From positions 160,001-224,000 of the forward strand of contig CAVVMW010000005.1 in NCBI GenBank assembly GCA_963749495.1: a stretch of DNA of 64,000 nt, given 5' to 3'. Positions within the stretch are counted from its first letter, which is position 1, and each line of letters starts with the position of its first letter. The translations under genes were made by a program, and so were the position numbers. A model generated the notes under the pieces. It was not told the origin of the DNA. It did no database searches and was given only the letters and a program-made list of their open reading frames with translations. Source of the DNA: an uncultured bacterium (lineage in GTDB: Bacteria; Verrucomicrobiota; Verrucomicrobiia; Limisphaerales; UBA8199). Positions 50,308 through 61,185 of this stretch are shown here, one piece after another.

Positions 50308-51854
50308 ATGGACATGTTGTTTCCGGGCGCGATGAAGATGCCTATGAAAACAACAAAAGCCATATTCGGGGTTCTCACCGACCGCACTTCCCAAACCTTC
50401 GCAACGACCGAGCCGGTGTCCGGCAGGAGGCCGGTCGTGGCTCTCCTCACACGACTGCTCTGGGCAGCCGCGCTCGCGCTGCCGGTTTTTGGAACACAGG
50501 CCGCGGCGGTCTTAACCACTTTGTATTCATTCACCGGCGGCAATGATGGCAGGAGTCCCGATGGGCTGGTGCAAGGCAGCGACGGTTATTTGTATGGCAC
50601 GACTTCAGGCGGCGGCACCAACAACAATGGCACCGTGTTCAAAATCAGCGCCAATGGGGCGTTCACCACTTTGTATTCCTTCGGCGGCAACGATGGCGCA
50701 GGTCCCGGTGGGCTGGTGCAAGGCAGCGACGGCAATTTCTATGGCACGACTTCAGGCGGCGGCATCACCAACTTCAACGTAGATGTGGGACTTTTTTACG
50801 GCTGTGGCACCGTGTTCAAAATCAGCGCCAATGGGGGGCTGACCAGTTTGTACTCCTTCACCGGCGGCAACGATGGCGCAGGTCCCGGTGGGCTGGTGCA
50901 GGGCAGCGACGGCAATTTCTATGGCACGGCAGGATGGGGCGGCACGAACAACTACGGCACGGTGTTCAAAATCAACACCAATGGCGCGCTGACCAGTTTG
51001 TATTCCTTCAGTGGCGGCAATGACGGCGCATTTCCCCAGGCTGCGCTGGCGCAAGGCAGCGACGGCAATTTCTATGGCACGACTTCCTCCGGCGGCACAA
51101 CGAACTACAACGTTTCTCTCGGAACTTACGGCTACGGCACCGTGTTCAAAATCAGCCCCAATGGAGCGACCAGTTTGTATCCTTCACTGGTGGCAATGAT
51201 GGCAGGAATCCCAGCGGGCTGGTGGAGGGCAGCGACGGCTATTTCTATGGCACGACTCGAAGCGGCGGCAACACCAATCTCAACGGGGGTGATGGTCTTG
51301 GCACCGTGTTCAAAATCAGCGCCACTGGGGCGCTGACCACTTTACATTCATTCACAAACGGCAATGATGGCGCATTTCCCAGTGGCGGGCTGGTGCATGG
51401 CAGCGATGGCAGTGTCTATGGCACGACTTACGGTGCCGATTGCAGGAGTTGTGTTCCGGGCACCGTGTTCAAAATCAACACCAATGGGGCGTTCACCACT
51501 TTGTATTCCTTCACCTGCGGCAATGATGGCGGGAGTCCCGATGGGCTGGTGCAAGGCAGCGACGGTTATTTGTATGGCACCACTGATATCGGCTGGACGA
51601 GCTACTGGGGCACCCTTTTCCGGCTGACCATTGAGCCGGAGTTCCAGGCCGTGACCCTGACCAACGGCACGCTGAGTCTGACCTGGAGCACGGAAGCTGG
51701 AGGGACGTATCAGTTGCAGTACACTTCCGACTTGGGGTCGAGCAACTGGACCAACCTGGGCAGCGCGGTCACCGCAACCGGAGCGACGCTCAGTGCCATA
51801 GACTCCCTCACGAACGGCCCGCAACGGTTTTATCGAGTGGTGCTCTCGCCGTAA
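50308..51854 (+). CDS. GloVer-type repeat protein, frameshift at ~51180
   Basis: About seven GLVQGSDG repeats. TTGTATCCTTC lacks one T relative to sibling repeats. Ends QRFYRVVLSP. Confidence 0.82.
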
Positions 51855-52288
51855 GGATTCCGCAACGACGCTGTATTGCGGCGCGGGGCCAGAGCCGCCG
51901 GGATGGCCCGGTCGGCCCTAACGTTCACCGATGCGCCTGGACCGCCGCCGCTGCCCCGGCCGCTGGCCCCGTTGCGCTGGTCCGTGCTGCCTGGAGGTGT
52001 CCCTGGCCTTGTACGGGGCCAATCCGTGCGCGTGCGACCCGTCACCGTACCCGACCGCTTCTCGGTAGCGTGCCGGACGGTGGCCGGGCTACTCCTTCCG
52101 GCGGATGCCGCCGGGCTTCGTCTTCGCGCACATCGAGCAGCCCCAGAACTCCCGGTCAGGGTGCTGCCGGGGCCTGGCCCCCTGGCGCTTCGCAACCCAC
52201 CAACTCACCTGTAAAACGGGGAAATCCGCCGATTCCTGGTGTTCAGATGGCTAGTTCGTTGGATTTTTCGCATTTGCTATCGGAACCC

Positions 52289-52756
52289 CTACTTACCCGC
52301 TTCCTCGCGCTGGTTATAGGAATGCCAAGCCGCTCGCACAACTGCCTCTTGAGAGGGGAAGGTTTCGCGCGAACGGGGATACCCCACCCCAGGCCCTCCT
52401 CGGAATACGTAATTCGACCCGTTCGAGAAGACCTTATAGCCCGACGGCACAGCATAGACCACGTTTGTTCTCACAACGATTGCCCTCGGAAGTTCATTGG
52501 ACATATCCGCTTTCAAAACCCAATTACTCGAAGCGCCGATTTCCTCCCCTTGAAGTTCCCAGAACGTCGTGACCACCGAGTTTGTTCTAGTGAAGGCCAT
52601 GATGTTCGCCCCGTGGTGAGCTGTTGAAGGCAGCCTCTCGATAAAGATATTGTCTGCCCTCTTCAAAGCCGGCATATACGAAACCGAATAATGCCCGGCA
52701 CAATACCCGACCACCAGGCACACAGCACCAAACAGAGCAATTTTAAATAATAATGA
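52289..52756 (-). CDS. Hypothetical low-GC protein (5' end degraded)
   Basis: Open frame with a hydrophobic N-terminus; no clear ATG. Confidence 0.4.
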   Translation of the reverse strand, partial: SLLFKIALFGAVCLVVGYCAGHYSVSYMPALKRADNIFIERLPSTAHHGANIMAFTRTNSVVTTFWELQGEEIGASSNWVLKADMSNELPRAIVVRTNVVYAVPSGYKVFSNGSNYVFRGGPGVGYPRSRETFPSQEAVVRAAWHSYNQREEAGK

Positions 52757-52927
52757 TTACGGCCAATGTTTACTGGGTTTTTTCGCACTGGGTTTGCTGA
52801 GGAAACCCAAATTGTCTTTCCGTGAGCTGCGGAACGGCTTTTTTGTTTTCCAGCCTGTTCGAGAACCGAAACCGTCTTCATTCCCCTTCTCCGGCTCAAG
52901 CACCCAAATCGGCGAGAGTCCGCATAG

Positions 52928-53839
52928 TCACCGGCGCAGGTACCGGTCAAACCAATCCGCAAAGCGTCGGATGTCCCAGACCATGCTCGGCCACCCGTGG
53001 CCGCCGCCATGGTGGACAACCAAATCAACCGTGCAGCCTCGTTTCCGCGCCTCGGTCTGGAACCGTTCCGATTGGTCCAGAGGCACCAGAGTATCGGCGT
53101 CGCCGTGGTAAATCAGGGTGGGCGGCTGGTTTGAGCGGACGTAATAAATGGGCGACAACTCGCGGCCAATGACTTTCCACACCGCCAGGTTGGTGGACTG
53201 CGGCCCAAACGCTTTGACGAAACTCTTGGGCGGGCCGCCGTCCCCTGGGTTCTCTGTCGAACTGCCCAGGTTCAGCAGGTCGGTCACCGGAAAGAAAATC
53301 GCGACCGCTTCCACCGCACTGCTCTCGCGGTCAACCGGGTCGGCGGCGTCGGCTGGTCCTGGACCACCCCGCGTCGCCAGCAAAAGGCTCAGATGACCTC
53401 CGGCGCTTCCTCCGGTCACGCCAAGTCGTTGCGGGTCCACACCGTAGTCTCTGGCATGGTGCCGGATGTAGCGCACGGCCCGGTTCACCTCCTCGGCGAT
53501 TTCCATCACGGTGGCCTCCGGCTGGGAGACGTGATAGACGGCGAACACCGTGTAGCCCCGCCGCAGCAAGGGCGCAGCCATCCAGGGCGGGAATGAGCCT
53601 GGAGTTGAAGACTTCCACCCGCCGCTGACCATCACCATGACCCCGATGCCGTTCGGCTTGGCGGGCCGCACGACATCCATCGCCAACTTGCGGCCCTGCC
53701 GCTGCCCATACTCCACGCCGTTGGTCCGCTCGATATGGGGGTGCAGGTAAAGCCAGACGGAGCCGAACCCCAGGCCCGCAACGACCAGAACCGCTGCCAG
53801 GCTCGCCAGGACAATCCACACGACGCGGCGCACTCGCAT
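52928..53839 (-). CDS. Alpha/beta hydrolase (acetyl esterase/lipase-like)
   Basis: VSGGW, GVTGGSAGGHL, YHGDADTLVP, GGGHGW. Confidence 0.9.
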   Translation of the reverse strand: MRVRRVVWIVLASLAAVLVVAGLGFGSVWLYLHPHIERTNGVEYGQRQGRKLAMDVVRPAKPNGIGVMVMVSGGWKSSTPGSFPPWMAAPLLRRGYTVFAVYHVSQPEATVMEIAEEVNRAVRYIRHHARDYGVDPQRLGVTGGSAGGHLSLLLATRGGPGPADAADPVDRESSAVEAVAIFFPVTDLLNLGSSTENPGDGGPPKSFVKAFGPQSTNLAVWKVIGRELSPIYYVRSNQPPTLIYHGDADTLVPLDQSERFQTEARKRGCTVDLVVHHGGGHGWPSMVWDIRRFADWFDRYLRR

Positions 53840-54022
53840 GGCCGAATGCTCGCAAGCTCGTCCTGAGAGCGCAACGGTTTAGTCAAAGCCGCGATGGACA
53901 TTTTCCTGAAAGTACTGCTTGCAACATGTCCCTCTTGCTCGTAATCTGCTGCATGGCATCGAGAGGAGGCATCCCCGACGCCGAGGCTGCTTGTCTTCAA
54001 CGAAGGTCAGTCCAGCGACACC

Positions 54023-54631
54023 TTGGCCTCACGTCTCACCAGCCTTCAAATACGTTCCCCGCATCGCTTTTACGTTGCAGATTTGCAGTGGGGCGGTGGC
54101 AAAACAGAATATGCTGGCAAAATCTTGCAGCGTCTGGCCTCGATTCTTGAAACAAAAGACAACCTGGACCGTGTTCTCGACGCCAGAATGGAGAGGGACA
54201 CTCTCCGGGTTATTTCTCCCGACTTTCGTCGGCTTGAGATTCCAATCGTGAAAATCCCAAGTTTTGAACACGAGGCTCGGTCCGCCATTGAGGACTTCAC
54301 AATTGACACGGACGGCTCATTTATTTACTGGCCGAAGCTGGACGTGCATCTTGGCTGGGAACAACTGGAGCAGATTGTCAATCCAGAATCAGCACTTAAA
54401 GCACGTCAAAAAAGTCACGAATTCAATGTTCGTTATGGTGATGCAGTCAGAAAAGCGCGAGAGCAGGCTGGGCTCGGCTATTCGGACATCTCCGGCATAA
54501 GCGGGAAGCAACTCCGAAGAATAGAGAAGGGAGAATGCCGATTAACGAGCAAAGCAGTGGAAGCACTGTCGGCAGCGCACAAGCTGACGCCCAACAAGTA
54601 TTTGGGGAGACTCGCAAAAGCTCTGGATTGA
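54023..54631 (+). CDS. DUF2442-like plus XRE helix-turn-helix protein
   Basis: DGSFIYWPKLDVHLGWEQ, then VRKAREQAGL..ISGKQLRRIEKGE. Lower GC; start uncertain. Confidence 0.7.
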   Translation: MASRLTSLQIRSPHRFYVADLQWGGGKTEYAGKILQRLASILETKDNLDRVLDARMERDTLRVISPDFRRLEIPIVKIPSFEHEARSAIEDFTIDTDGSFIYWPKLDVHLGWEQLEQIVNPESALKARQKSHEFNVRYGDAVRKAREQAGLGYSDISGISGKQLRRIEKGECRLTSKAVEALSAAHKLTPNKYLGRLAKALD

Positions 54632-54658
54632 CGAACGGGAGCCACCCTCCATCACCGT

Positions 54659-56335
54659 TTGAAAAAACGGCTATTCATCGCATTCTGCGTTGTGATTCCC
54701 TGCGGACAACCTCTCCCGGCGAATCGGCGCGGCAATGGGCGGAGCACCACCATCTTCCACGCTCTCCTGCTGGCCTGCTTCTTATTGCCGACGACCTGCC
54801 GGGCCGCCGCCAGCACCTGGACGCGCTGGGAACAATCCTTGACCAGTACGGCGGCGTATCCCAACCCGAACACCGTGACGCTCAAGGTCAGCTACCGGGG
54901 GCCGAATGAGAAAAGCATGAACGGGTTAGGCTTCTGGGACGGGAGCAACTCCTTCCGAATCCGCTGCCTGTTTCCCGAACCCGGCCAATGGACGTGGCAG
55001 ACGATTTGTTCGGACACCAGCAATGCGGGTTTGCACAACCGCAGCGGGTCGGTCGAGGTCGCGCCCTATTCCGGCTCGAACCCGCTCTGCCGGCACGGCG
55101 ACCTGCGGGTGGCGGAGAACCGCCGCTTTCTGGCGCACGCCGATGGCACGCCCTTCCTCTGGATTGGCGACACACCCTGGGCGGCCCCGATGAACGCGAG
55201 CTTGGAGGACTGGCAGACCTACCTCCGCGACCGGCGCGACAAACAGTTCACGGTGTTGCAGGTCTTTTGTGCGAGCGACTGGGCCAGCAGGAAAGACGTG
55301 TACGGCAACGCGCCATTCCTGGGCGCGGGACTCGGCCAACCCAACCCGGCCTACTGGAAGCAGTATGAAGGGAAGGTGCAGATGGCGAACGAACAGGGCT
55401 TGATGGTGCTTGTCGTAGGACTGATGGAGCCGGTCAAGCGATACCCTGACCCTGCCTCCGCGCAGCAGTTCGCCCGGTATCTGGTCGCCCGGCTGATGGG
55501 CAATTTCGTGATTTTCTCGCCGAGCTTCGACAGCCCCTGCCTCGAACTGGGCGATGCCGTGGGCCGAACAATTCGCGAATCCTCCACCCCGCACCTCATC
55601 ACGCAGCATCCCAACGACCTGGCCGCCGCCAGACGCTACTACGACCAGCCGTATCTGGATTTCTGCGGCCTGCAAAGCGGCGCGGGCTGGGGCGGGAAGC
55701 CGTTGGGGGCGGACATCGCCGCCCGCACCGCCGTCGAGTGCAGTCTGGCCGCTTACAACCACCAGCCGCCCAAGCCGGTCATCAACATGGAATCCCGCTA
55801 CGACTGCGAGTTCAACCAGGGGCAGATGCCGCGCCTGCCGCGAAGCTGCGGGTATTGGAGCTTGCTCTCCGGCTGCGCGGGCTACACCTATGGCTGCGCG
55901 GGCCTGTTCAACTGGGGACTCACCAACGCCCAGAGCGACCCGCAGGCCACGCCCTGGACTTGGCGCTTTGCCATGAATCGCCCGTCCTCGACCGAAATGA
56001 AACACATGGCCGAGTTCTTCCGGGGCTTGGACTGGTGGCGGCTGGAACCGCGCCACGACTTGATTTTGAACCAATCGGATGACCCGGCGAAGCGCATGGT
56101 GCTGGCCAGGTCCGCCACGGGCGACCTGGCCGTGGCCTACCTGCCGGACAATCCGGCCATCACCATCGAGATGTCCAGCTTCCCGCCGGGCCTTCGCTGG
56201 CGTTGGTTCAACCCCGCGACCGGCGAGGCCCAGACGGGCCAAGGCTCCATGGACCGGGCGGGGAAGCGGATGTTCGAGCGGCCTGCTGGCTGGGAGGACG
56301 CCTTGCTGGTGCTCCGGGAGGCTCCGGGCAGGTAG
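54659..56335 (+). CDS. DUF5060/DUF4038 (apiosidase/GH140-like) glycoside hydrolase with C-terminal collagen-binding-like domain
   Basis: GFWDG..FRIR..PEPGQW, FLAHADGTPFLWIGDTPW, KPVINMESRY, GYTYG, WFNPATG. Confidence 0.8.
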   Translation: MKKRLFIAFCVVIPCGQPLPANRRGNGRSTTIFHALLLACFLLPTTCRAAASTWTRWEQSLTSTAAYPNPNTVTLKVSYRGPNEKSMNGLGFWDGSNSFRIRCLFPEPGQWTWQTICSDTSNAGLHNRSGSVEVAPYSGSNPLCRHGDLRVAENRRFLAHADGTPFLWIGDTPWAAPMNASLEDWQTYLRDRRDKQFTVLQVFCASDWASRKDVYGNAPFLGAGLGQPNPAYWKQYEGKVQMANEQGLMVLVVGLMEPVKRYPDPASAQQFARYLVARLMGNFVIFSPSFDSPCLELGDAVGRTIRESSTPHLITQHPNDLAAARRYYDQPYLDFCGLQSGAGWGGKPLGADIAARTAVECSLAAYNHQPPKPVINMESRYDCEFNQGQMPRLPRSCGYWSLLSGCAGYTYGCAGLFNWGLTNAQSDPQATPWTWRFAMNRPSSTEMKHMAEFFRGLDWWRLEPRHDLILNQSDDPAKRMVLARSATGDLAVAYLPDNPAITIEMSSFPPGLRWRWFNPATGEAQTGQGSMDRAGKRMFERPAGWEDALLVLREAPGR

Positions 56336-56482
56336 CGGAGACTCGAACCTCAGAAGCTGCGTCCCTGGAGGCGCCGTCAAGCCCCAAGCTGAATCACATA
56401 GCCGCGCAGTCGCGCACCACGGGGGAACGGGTATTGCAAAGGTGCGAGGGTTGAGCTAACGTGAATCAACAAACCAAAACCT

Positions 56483-56710
56483 ATGGAAGCACAAAATCGT
56501 GTGGATACCGAGCAAGGTGAACAGAGGGCAAAACTGGAAAGCGTCATCGAGAAAGCCAAGGCCGTTTGCGAACGCCTGCAAAACCAGACCACTGCCGCCG
56601 CCAAGGCTGCCGACAAGACCATTCGCGAGCATCCGTACCAGGCGGTTGGAGTCGCGTTCGGCCTGGGCCTGCTCATCGGCGTGCTGGTGATGCGGAGCCG
56701 AGGCGACTGA
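56483..56710 (+). CDS. DUF883 (ElaB/YqjD) family tail-anchored protein
   Basis: AADKTIREHPYQAVGVAFGLGLLIGVLV. Confidence 0.88.
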   Translation: MEAQNRVDTEQGEQRAKLESVIEKAKAVCERLQNQTTAAAKAADKTIREHPYQAVGVAFGLGLLIGVLVMRSRGD

Positions 56711-56905
56711 GAGCCGGTCGTCGGGTAAGCCAGTCGCTCCGAGCCCGGAGACTAACGGGGCCGTTGCGGAGTCCACGGGCCACGGAACGACAGGCCAGCT
56801 ACGGCCGTGACTGCGTGCATTTTGGGACGTGGTGAAGTTGGGCTGCGAGCAGGCAGCGGCAAACGGGGGTAGCGGGAGAACCCAAGCTGCTGCGAGCAGC
56901 CGGGC

Positions 56906-57478
56906 CTATTGCCCGGACGTTTCCTTGCCCAGGTATTTCTTTCCGGCGGTGTCAACGCGGATTATGTCGCCGTTGGCGATGAACAGCGGGACCGTGATTT
57001 GGAGGCCGGTTTCGAGCTTCGCCTCCTTCCATGCCGTGTTCAAGCCGGTGCGGGCGGGCGGAGCGGTGTCCACAACTTGGAGCGGTATTTGCGGCGGCAA
57101 GACGATGTCGATCAGCCTGCCATCGAGCAGCAGGGCTTTATATTCCTCGTTCTCCTTGAGAAACCAGCGGCGCTCCCCGAGTTGTTCGTTGCTGAACTCG
57201 AACTCATTGAAAGTCTCTATATCGATGAAAACCCGCATATCGGCCTGCGCGTAGCTGTACGTAGCGCGCCGGGTTTCCATCGGTGCCACGGGCACGCGCT
57301 CGTTTTCGGCGAAAACGCGGTCGATGATGCGGCCCGTCGTGAGGTGCCGCAGGCGGGTGTGGAGTCTGTGCCTGGTCTGGGCGGTGCCGCTGGTGTGCAT
57401 GTCCTCGACGACATGGGGGGAGCCGTCCAGCATCAGGACCATCTGGCGTTTGAACTCGGATGGCAGAATCGTTTGCAT
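56906..57478 (-). CDS. efp: Elongation factor P family paralogue
   Basis: KEAKLETGLQITVPLFIANGDIIRVDT..Y signature. The loop is atypical (SGTAQT). Confidence 0.85.
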   Translation of the reverse strand: MQTILPSEFKRQMVLMLDGSPHVVEDMHTSGTAQTRHRLHTRLRHLTTGRIIDRVFAENERVPVAPMETRRATYSYAQADMRVFIDIETFNEFEFSNEQLGERRWFLKENEEYKALLLDGRLIDIVLPPQIPLQVVDTAPPARTGLNTAWKEAKLETGLQITVPLFIANGDIIRVDTAGKKYLGKETSGQ

Positions 57479-57566
57479 ATTGTTGTCCCCCGCAAATGCC
57501 GGGATATTTTGGCCGCTACGAAGGCTATTCTGCGAAGCTTGTAGCGTGAACCGGGCGTGGCGTCAA

Positions 57567-58344
57567 CTACTTGAACAACTCCGCGAAGAACTGCTTCATC
57601 GCCTCCCACGACCGCCGGTCAGCCCGTTCATTGTAGGCGGCACCTCTTCGAGTTGTCATTGCCAGCGTCCCAGTCGGTGAAGGAGTGGACCGCGCCGCCG
57701 TAGGCAACCAGTTGCCAGTCCACCCCTGCCTGGCGCATCTCCTCCTCGAACGCCGCGACTTCCTTCGGTGGCACATTCGGGTCATCGGCTCCGTGCAGCG
57801 CCTGCACTTTGGCCTTGATGTTCCTGGCGTCCCCCGGAGTGGGGCTGCTCAGGCCACCGTGGAAACTGACGACACCAGCGATGTCGGCTCCACTTCGGGC
57901 CAGTTCGAGAACCGCCGTCCCGCCGAAGCAGTAGCCGATGGCCGCAATGCGCCTGGGGTCGGTCAGTTCGTGCCTGGCCAGCACGTCCAGGCCGGCGCGG
58001 ACTCGCGCCCGCAGTAGGGCGCGGTCGTTCCTGTATTTGCCAGCCTGCGCCCCAGCCTCGCTCGGGGTTTGAGGCCGGACGCCCTGCCCGTAGATGTCTG
58101 CCGCAAAGACGTTGTAGCCGAGACGGGCCAGCATTTCGGCCCGCTTCTTCTCGTAGTCGCCCAACCCCTTCCACTGGTGGACAACCAGCACCGCAGGACG
58201 CTTGCCCTGGATTGCGTTGTCGTAAACTGAAAGACCCTCCAGGACGGTGTCGCCTTGTTTGTATTCGACCGGTCGGGAGATGATTTCGCCTTTTGCACTC
58301 AAAGTCGCCATAATGGCAAGGATTGGAAAGAGGTTGTGTCGCAT
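57567..58344 (-). CDS. Dienelactone hydrolase family protein (frameshift at ~57645)
   Basis: GYCFGG, VSFHG, HGADDP, AVHSFT. Tail GAAYNERADRRSW is in the next frame. Confidence 0.85.
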
Positions 58345-58509
58345 CGTGAATGTGTACTCCAGAACTGTGGAAATTCAAGTGGGCGTCAAAGCAGCACCAA
58401 TTGCTGGCCACTGGGTTCCCGCAGGGTGGAGACCCCAAGACCGAGCAGCCGGAGCGGGCGTGACACCAGCTTTTCCCGGCCCAACAGGACGCATCCCAGC
58501 CGGCAGATG

Positions 58510-58575
58510 TCCTTGGCTTATCTGGGCGGGAGCATCACCGCACAGGAAGGCTGGCGGCCCAAGACCTTGAAAGTG
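58510..58575 (+). pseudogene. Tiny SGNH/GDSL hydrolase fragment
   Basis: AYLGGSITAQEGWRPKT only. Confidence 0.45.
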
Positions 58576-58613
58576 ATCCTCGAGGCCCGTTCTTGCGCCG
58601 GCTCGGGCAGGCG

Positions 58614-59885
58614 TCAGAGTTTGAGCCGGAACCCGATCCGGTTCAAGCCGGTGGACACGAGCAGGATGAGCACTGCGCAGAGCGCCGAGCGTGCGATGGC
58701 GGACGGAAGATTCGCGGCCAGATGGCCATACGCGCCGCCCAAGCGCAGCGCATCCAGCAAGCCGGGCAACATTTCTGAGATCAGGTACGCGAGCAGCACG
58801 TTTTGTCCCGCCAGCGCCAGGGGTCGCGAAATGATATTCACCGGGCGCACGTCAGAAATCAGATAAAGCACATACCACAGGGCGGCGGTGATGGCGCAGG
58901 CTCAGAGACACCACGGCGGCGTCGCTTGGTTCTTGCTGATGCCATAGGCCCGGCCCAGCAGGAGCGCGGCGGCGGCGCAACCGGCGGCGAACCAGAAGGT
59001 GAATCGCGTGCGCGCTCTCAAGGCGGTCATGTCGGCGGCGGTGAGCATCGAACCCAGCAGCAAGCCGCCCACAGCGATGGCCGCCTGCGAGCCGAGCGTT
59101 CCGCCGATCCCCACGATTCTGTGGAGCCAAAAGCTGTCAAACACGCCCTTCCTGTCCGCGACGAACAAGCACAGCAACAGGGCCATGCAGCCCAGAATCG
59201 CCGTGCGGTTGCTCCGAAAGACCAGGAAGACGATGCACGTGACCAAATACGCCCAGCCGATGAGTCCCAGAATGCCGTACCACTTTGTGTTCAGTGAAAA
59301 GGGCACGAGTGTGATGATGCGCTGACCCTCCGCGCCCCGAAAGGCAAACGCCAGCCAGATCAGCATCACCAGCCCGGCCAACCGCACGCAGAAGCTGACA
59401 ATTCTCCAAACGTTCCTTTTGAATTCCGGGGCCGAGGGATGCGGCGAGATCGAGCAGAAGGCGGCAATGGCCGAGAGATACATCAGCACGCACCACCAGT
59501 CGCCCGACCAGCCCAGCGCCGCCGTGTCCGGCGTTTCGTGAACCATCAGAATGCCGATGAACAGCAGGGCCATCGTGCGGATGGCGACGTGCCCGAGAGT
59601 TCTCCAGACCGCTTCGCCCTTCGCCATGCGCCCACCAAGCGCCAAGGGAACTGACATCCCCACGATGAACAGGAACGCGGGAAACACCAGGTCCACGAAG
59701 GTCATGCCGCTGCCCCCGCGATGGCGGTCGCTGAAATGGACCATCCAGTCGGGCACGATCTTCCCAGCGCCAGCGAGGTCGTTCACGAAAATCATCATGA
59801 ACATCACGAAGCCGCGCAGCGCGTCAATGGACGTGATTCGCGGGGCTTGTGGCGGCGCTGTTCCGTTGGATGAAGTGTCGGGCAT
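58614..59885 (-). pseudogene. DUF5009/heparan-alpha-glucosaminide N-acetyltransferase-like membrane protein with an in-frame TGA at 58902-58904
   Basis: RITSIDALRGFVMFMMIFVND, TFVDLVFPAFLFIVGMS, ISKNQATPPWCL*ACAI..GQNVLLAY, all in one frame. Confidence 0.8.
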
Positions 59886-60006
59886 TAGGGATTAGGTTGG
59901 TAAGTGCTCGTCTCCATTTTGAGATTGAAGTCGTTCTTGAGGGCCAGCAGTGTTCTGGGGACGAGCACGGCCTCCCAGTCCGGCGGCAGAGCCTGGCGCT
60001 TTCTTG

Positions 60007-61185
60007 CTACGGCGTGAAGGCTGCCACCGCCGCCTGCTTGAAGGCATCCTGGCTCCTGCCTCCGTTGCCCGGAAAGCCGTTGTGCTGCACCATCCACACC
60101 AGGACCAGACCGCGCTGGCGGTCGATCTGCATGTTCGTGGCGTAGGCGCCGCCGTGGCCGCACCAGTCCGTGCCCACAGCAAAGCCCAGGCCATAGCTGT
60201 CCTTGATGTCCGGCGCCGTTTGCCGGCTGGTCAACTGCTTGACCGCTTCCTCGGAAAGGAGGCGTTTGCCGTCGCAGACGCCGCCGTTGAGAATCATCCG
60301 GCAGAACTGCGCCGTGTCGCTGGCCGTGGAAAACAGGCCGCCCGCCGGCATCGGGTAGCGGTTGACCCGATTCGACAGCGGATAGCGCAACTGTGTGACC
60401 GTCGTCTCTTCCAGGCCGGTCTTGTCCTGGCTCGGCTTGTAGGACTTGGCCAGCCGCTTCACCTGCTTTGCGTTGGGCCAGAACGTTGTGTCTTTCATCC
60501 CCAGCGGTTTGAACAGCCGCTCCTCCATGAATTGCTCGTAAGGCATCCCGCTGACAACTTCGATGATGCGGCCCGCCGTGTTGATGCCGGCGTTGCTGTA
60601 TTGGTATTTGGCGCCGGGCGGGAATTGCAGCGGCGCCATCGCGTAACTCCGCACCGCGTCGCGCAGCGGCAGGCCGTCGAGTGTCGGTTGTTCCATCGGG
60701 GAAGAAAACGGCAGTCCGCTGGTGTGGCTGAGGACTTCGCGCACGGTGATCGGATGCGCCGGCTTGCGGAGAAGGACGTGCTCGGCATCGCGCTCCACCG
60801 CCAGCATCTGGCCTTTGAACTCCGGCAGATACTTCTGGACCGGATCATCCAGGCTGACCTTGCCTTCATCGGCCAGCATCATGAGTGCGGCGGCGGTCAT
60901 GGGCTTGGACTGGGAAGCGATCCAGAACAGCGCGTCTGTCTTCATCGGCTTGTGCGCGGCGATGTCCGACCAGCCCGCCGCTTCGAGGCTAAGCACCTTG
61001 TCTTTCGACGCCACCAGCATCACCGCGCCCGCCAGCGTGTTGCTGTCCACGAATGGCCGCACCGCGCTGGCGATGGTCTTCGCCGGCTGCGCCGCTGTGG
61101 CGGGGAGGCAGACCAGCGGAAGCGCGACCAGCGTGGTCAAGAGCAGGCCATCGGGAATCAAGCGGCCCATGTGAGTTGTTTTCAT
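60007..61185 (-). CDS. Secreted serine hydrolase, beta-lactamase class C-like family
   Basis: FWIASQSK (SxxK), LSHTSG, YQYSN, GHGG. Confidence 0.9.
   Translation of the reverse strand: MKTTHMGRLIPDGLLLTTLVALPLVCLPATAAQPAKTIASAVRPFVDSNTLAGAVMLVASKDKVLSLEAAGWSDIAAHKPMKTDALFWIASQSKPMTAAALMMLADEGKVSLDDPVQKYLPEFKGQMLAVERDAEHVLLRKPAHPITVREVLSHTSGLPFSSPMEQPTLDGLPLRDAVRSYAMAPLQFPPGAKYQYSNAGINTAGRIIEVVSGMPYEQFMEERLFKPLGMKDTTFWPNAKQVKRLAKSYKPSQDKTGLEETTVTQLRYPLSNRVNRYPMPAGGLFSTASDTAQFCRMILNGGVCDGKRLLSEEAVKQLTSRQTAPDIKDSYGLGFAVGTDWCGHGGAYATNMQIDRQRGLVLVWMVQHNGFPGNGGRSQDAFKQAAVAAFTP

Noticed and set aside
15766..51854. DGR template/variable repeat pair (near-identical GloVer tails and repeats)
   Set aside because: No reverse transcriptase in the window, both copies are coding, and the differences I could see are not confined to adenines.
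58902..58904. TGA-to-Trp recoding or selenocysteine
   Set aside because: TGA is the normal stop of many intact genes here and TGG is used for Trp throughout; a single nonsense change or error is simpler.
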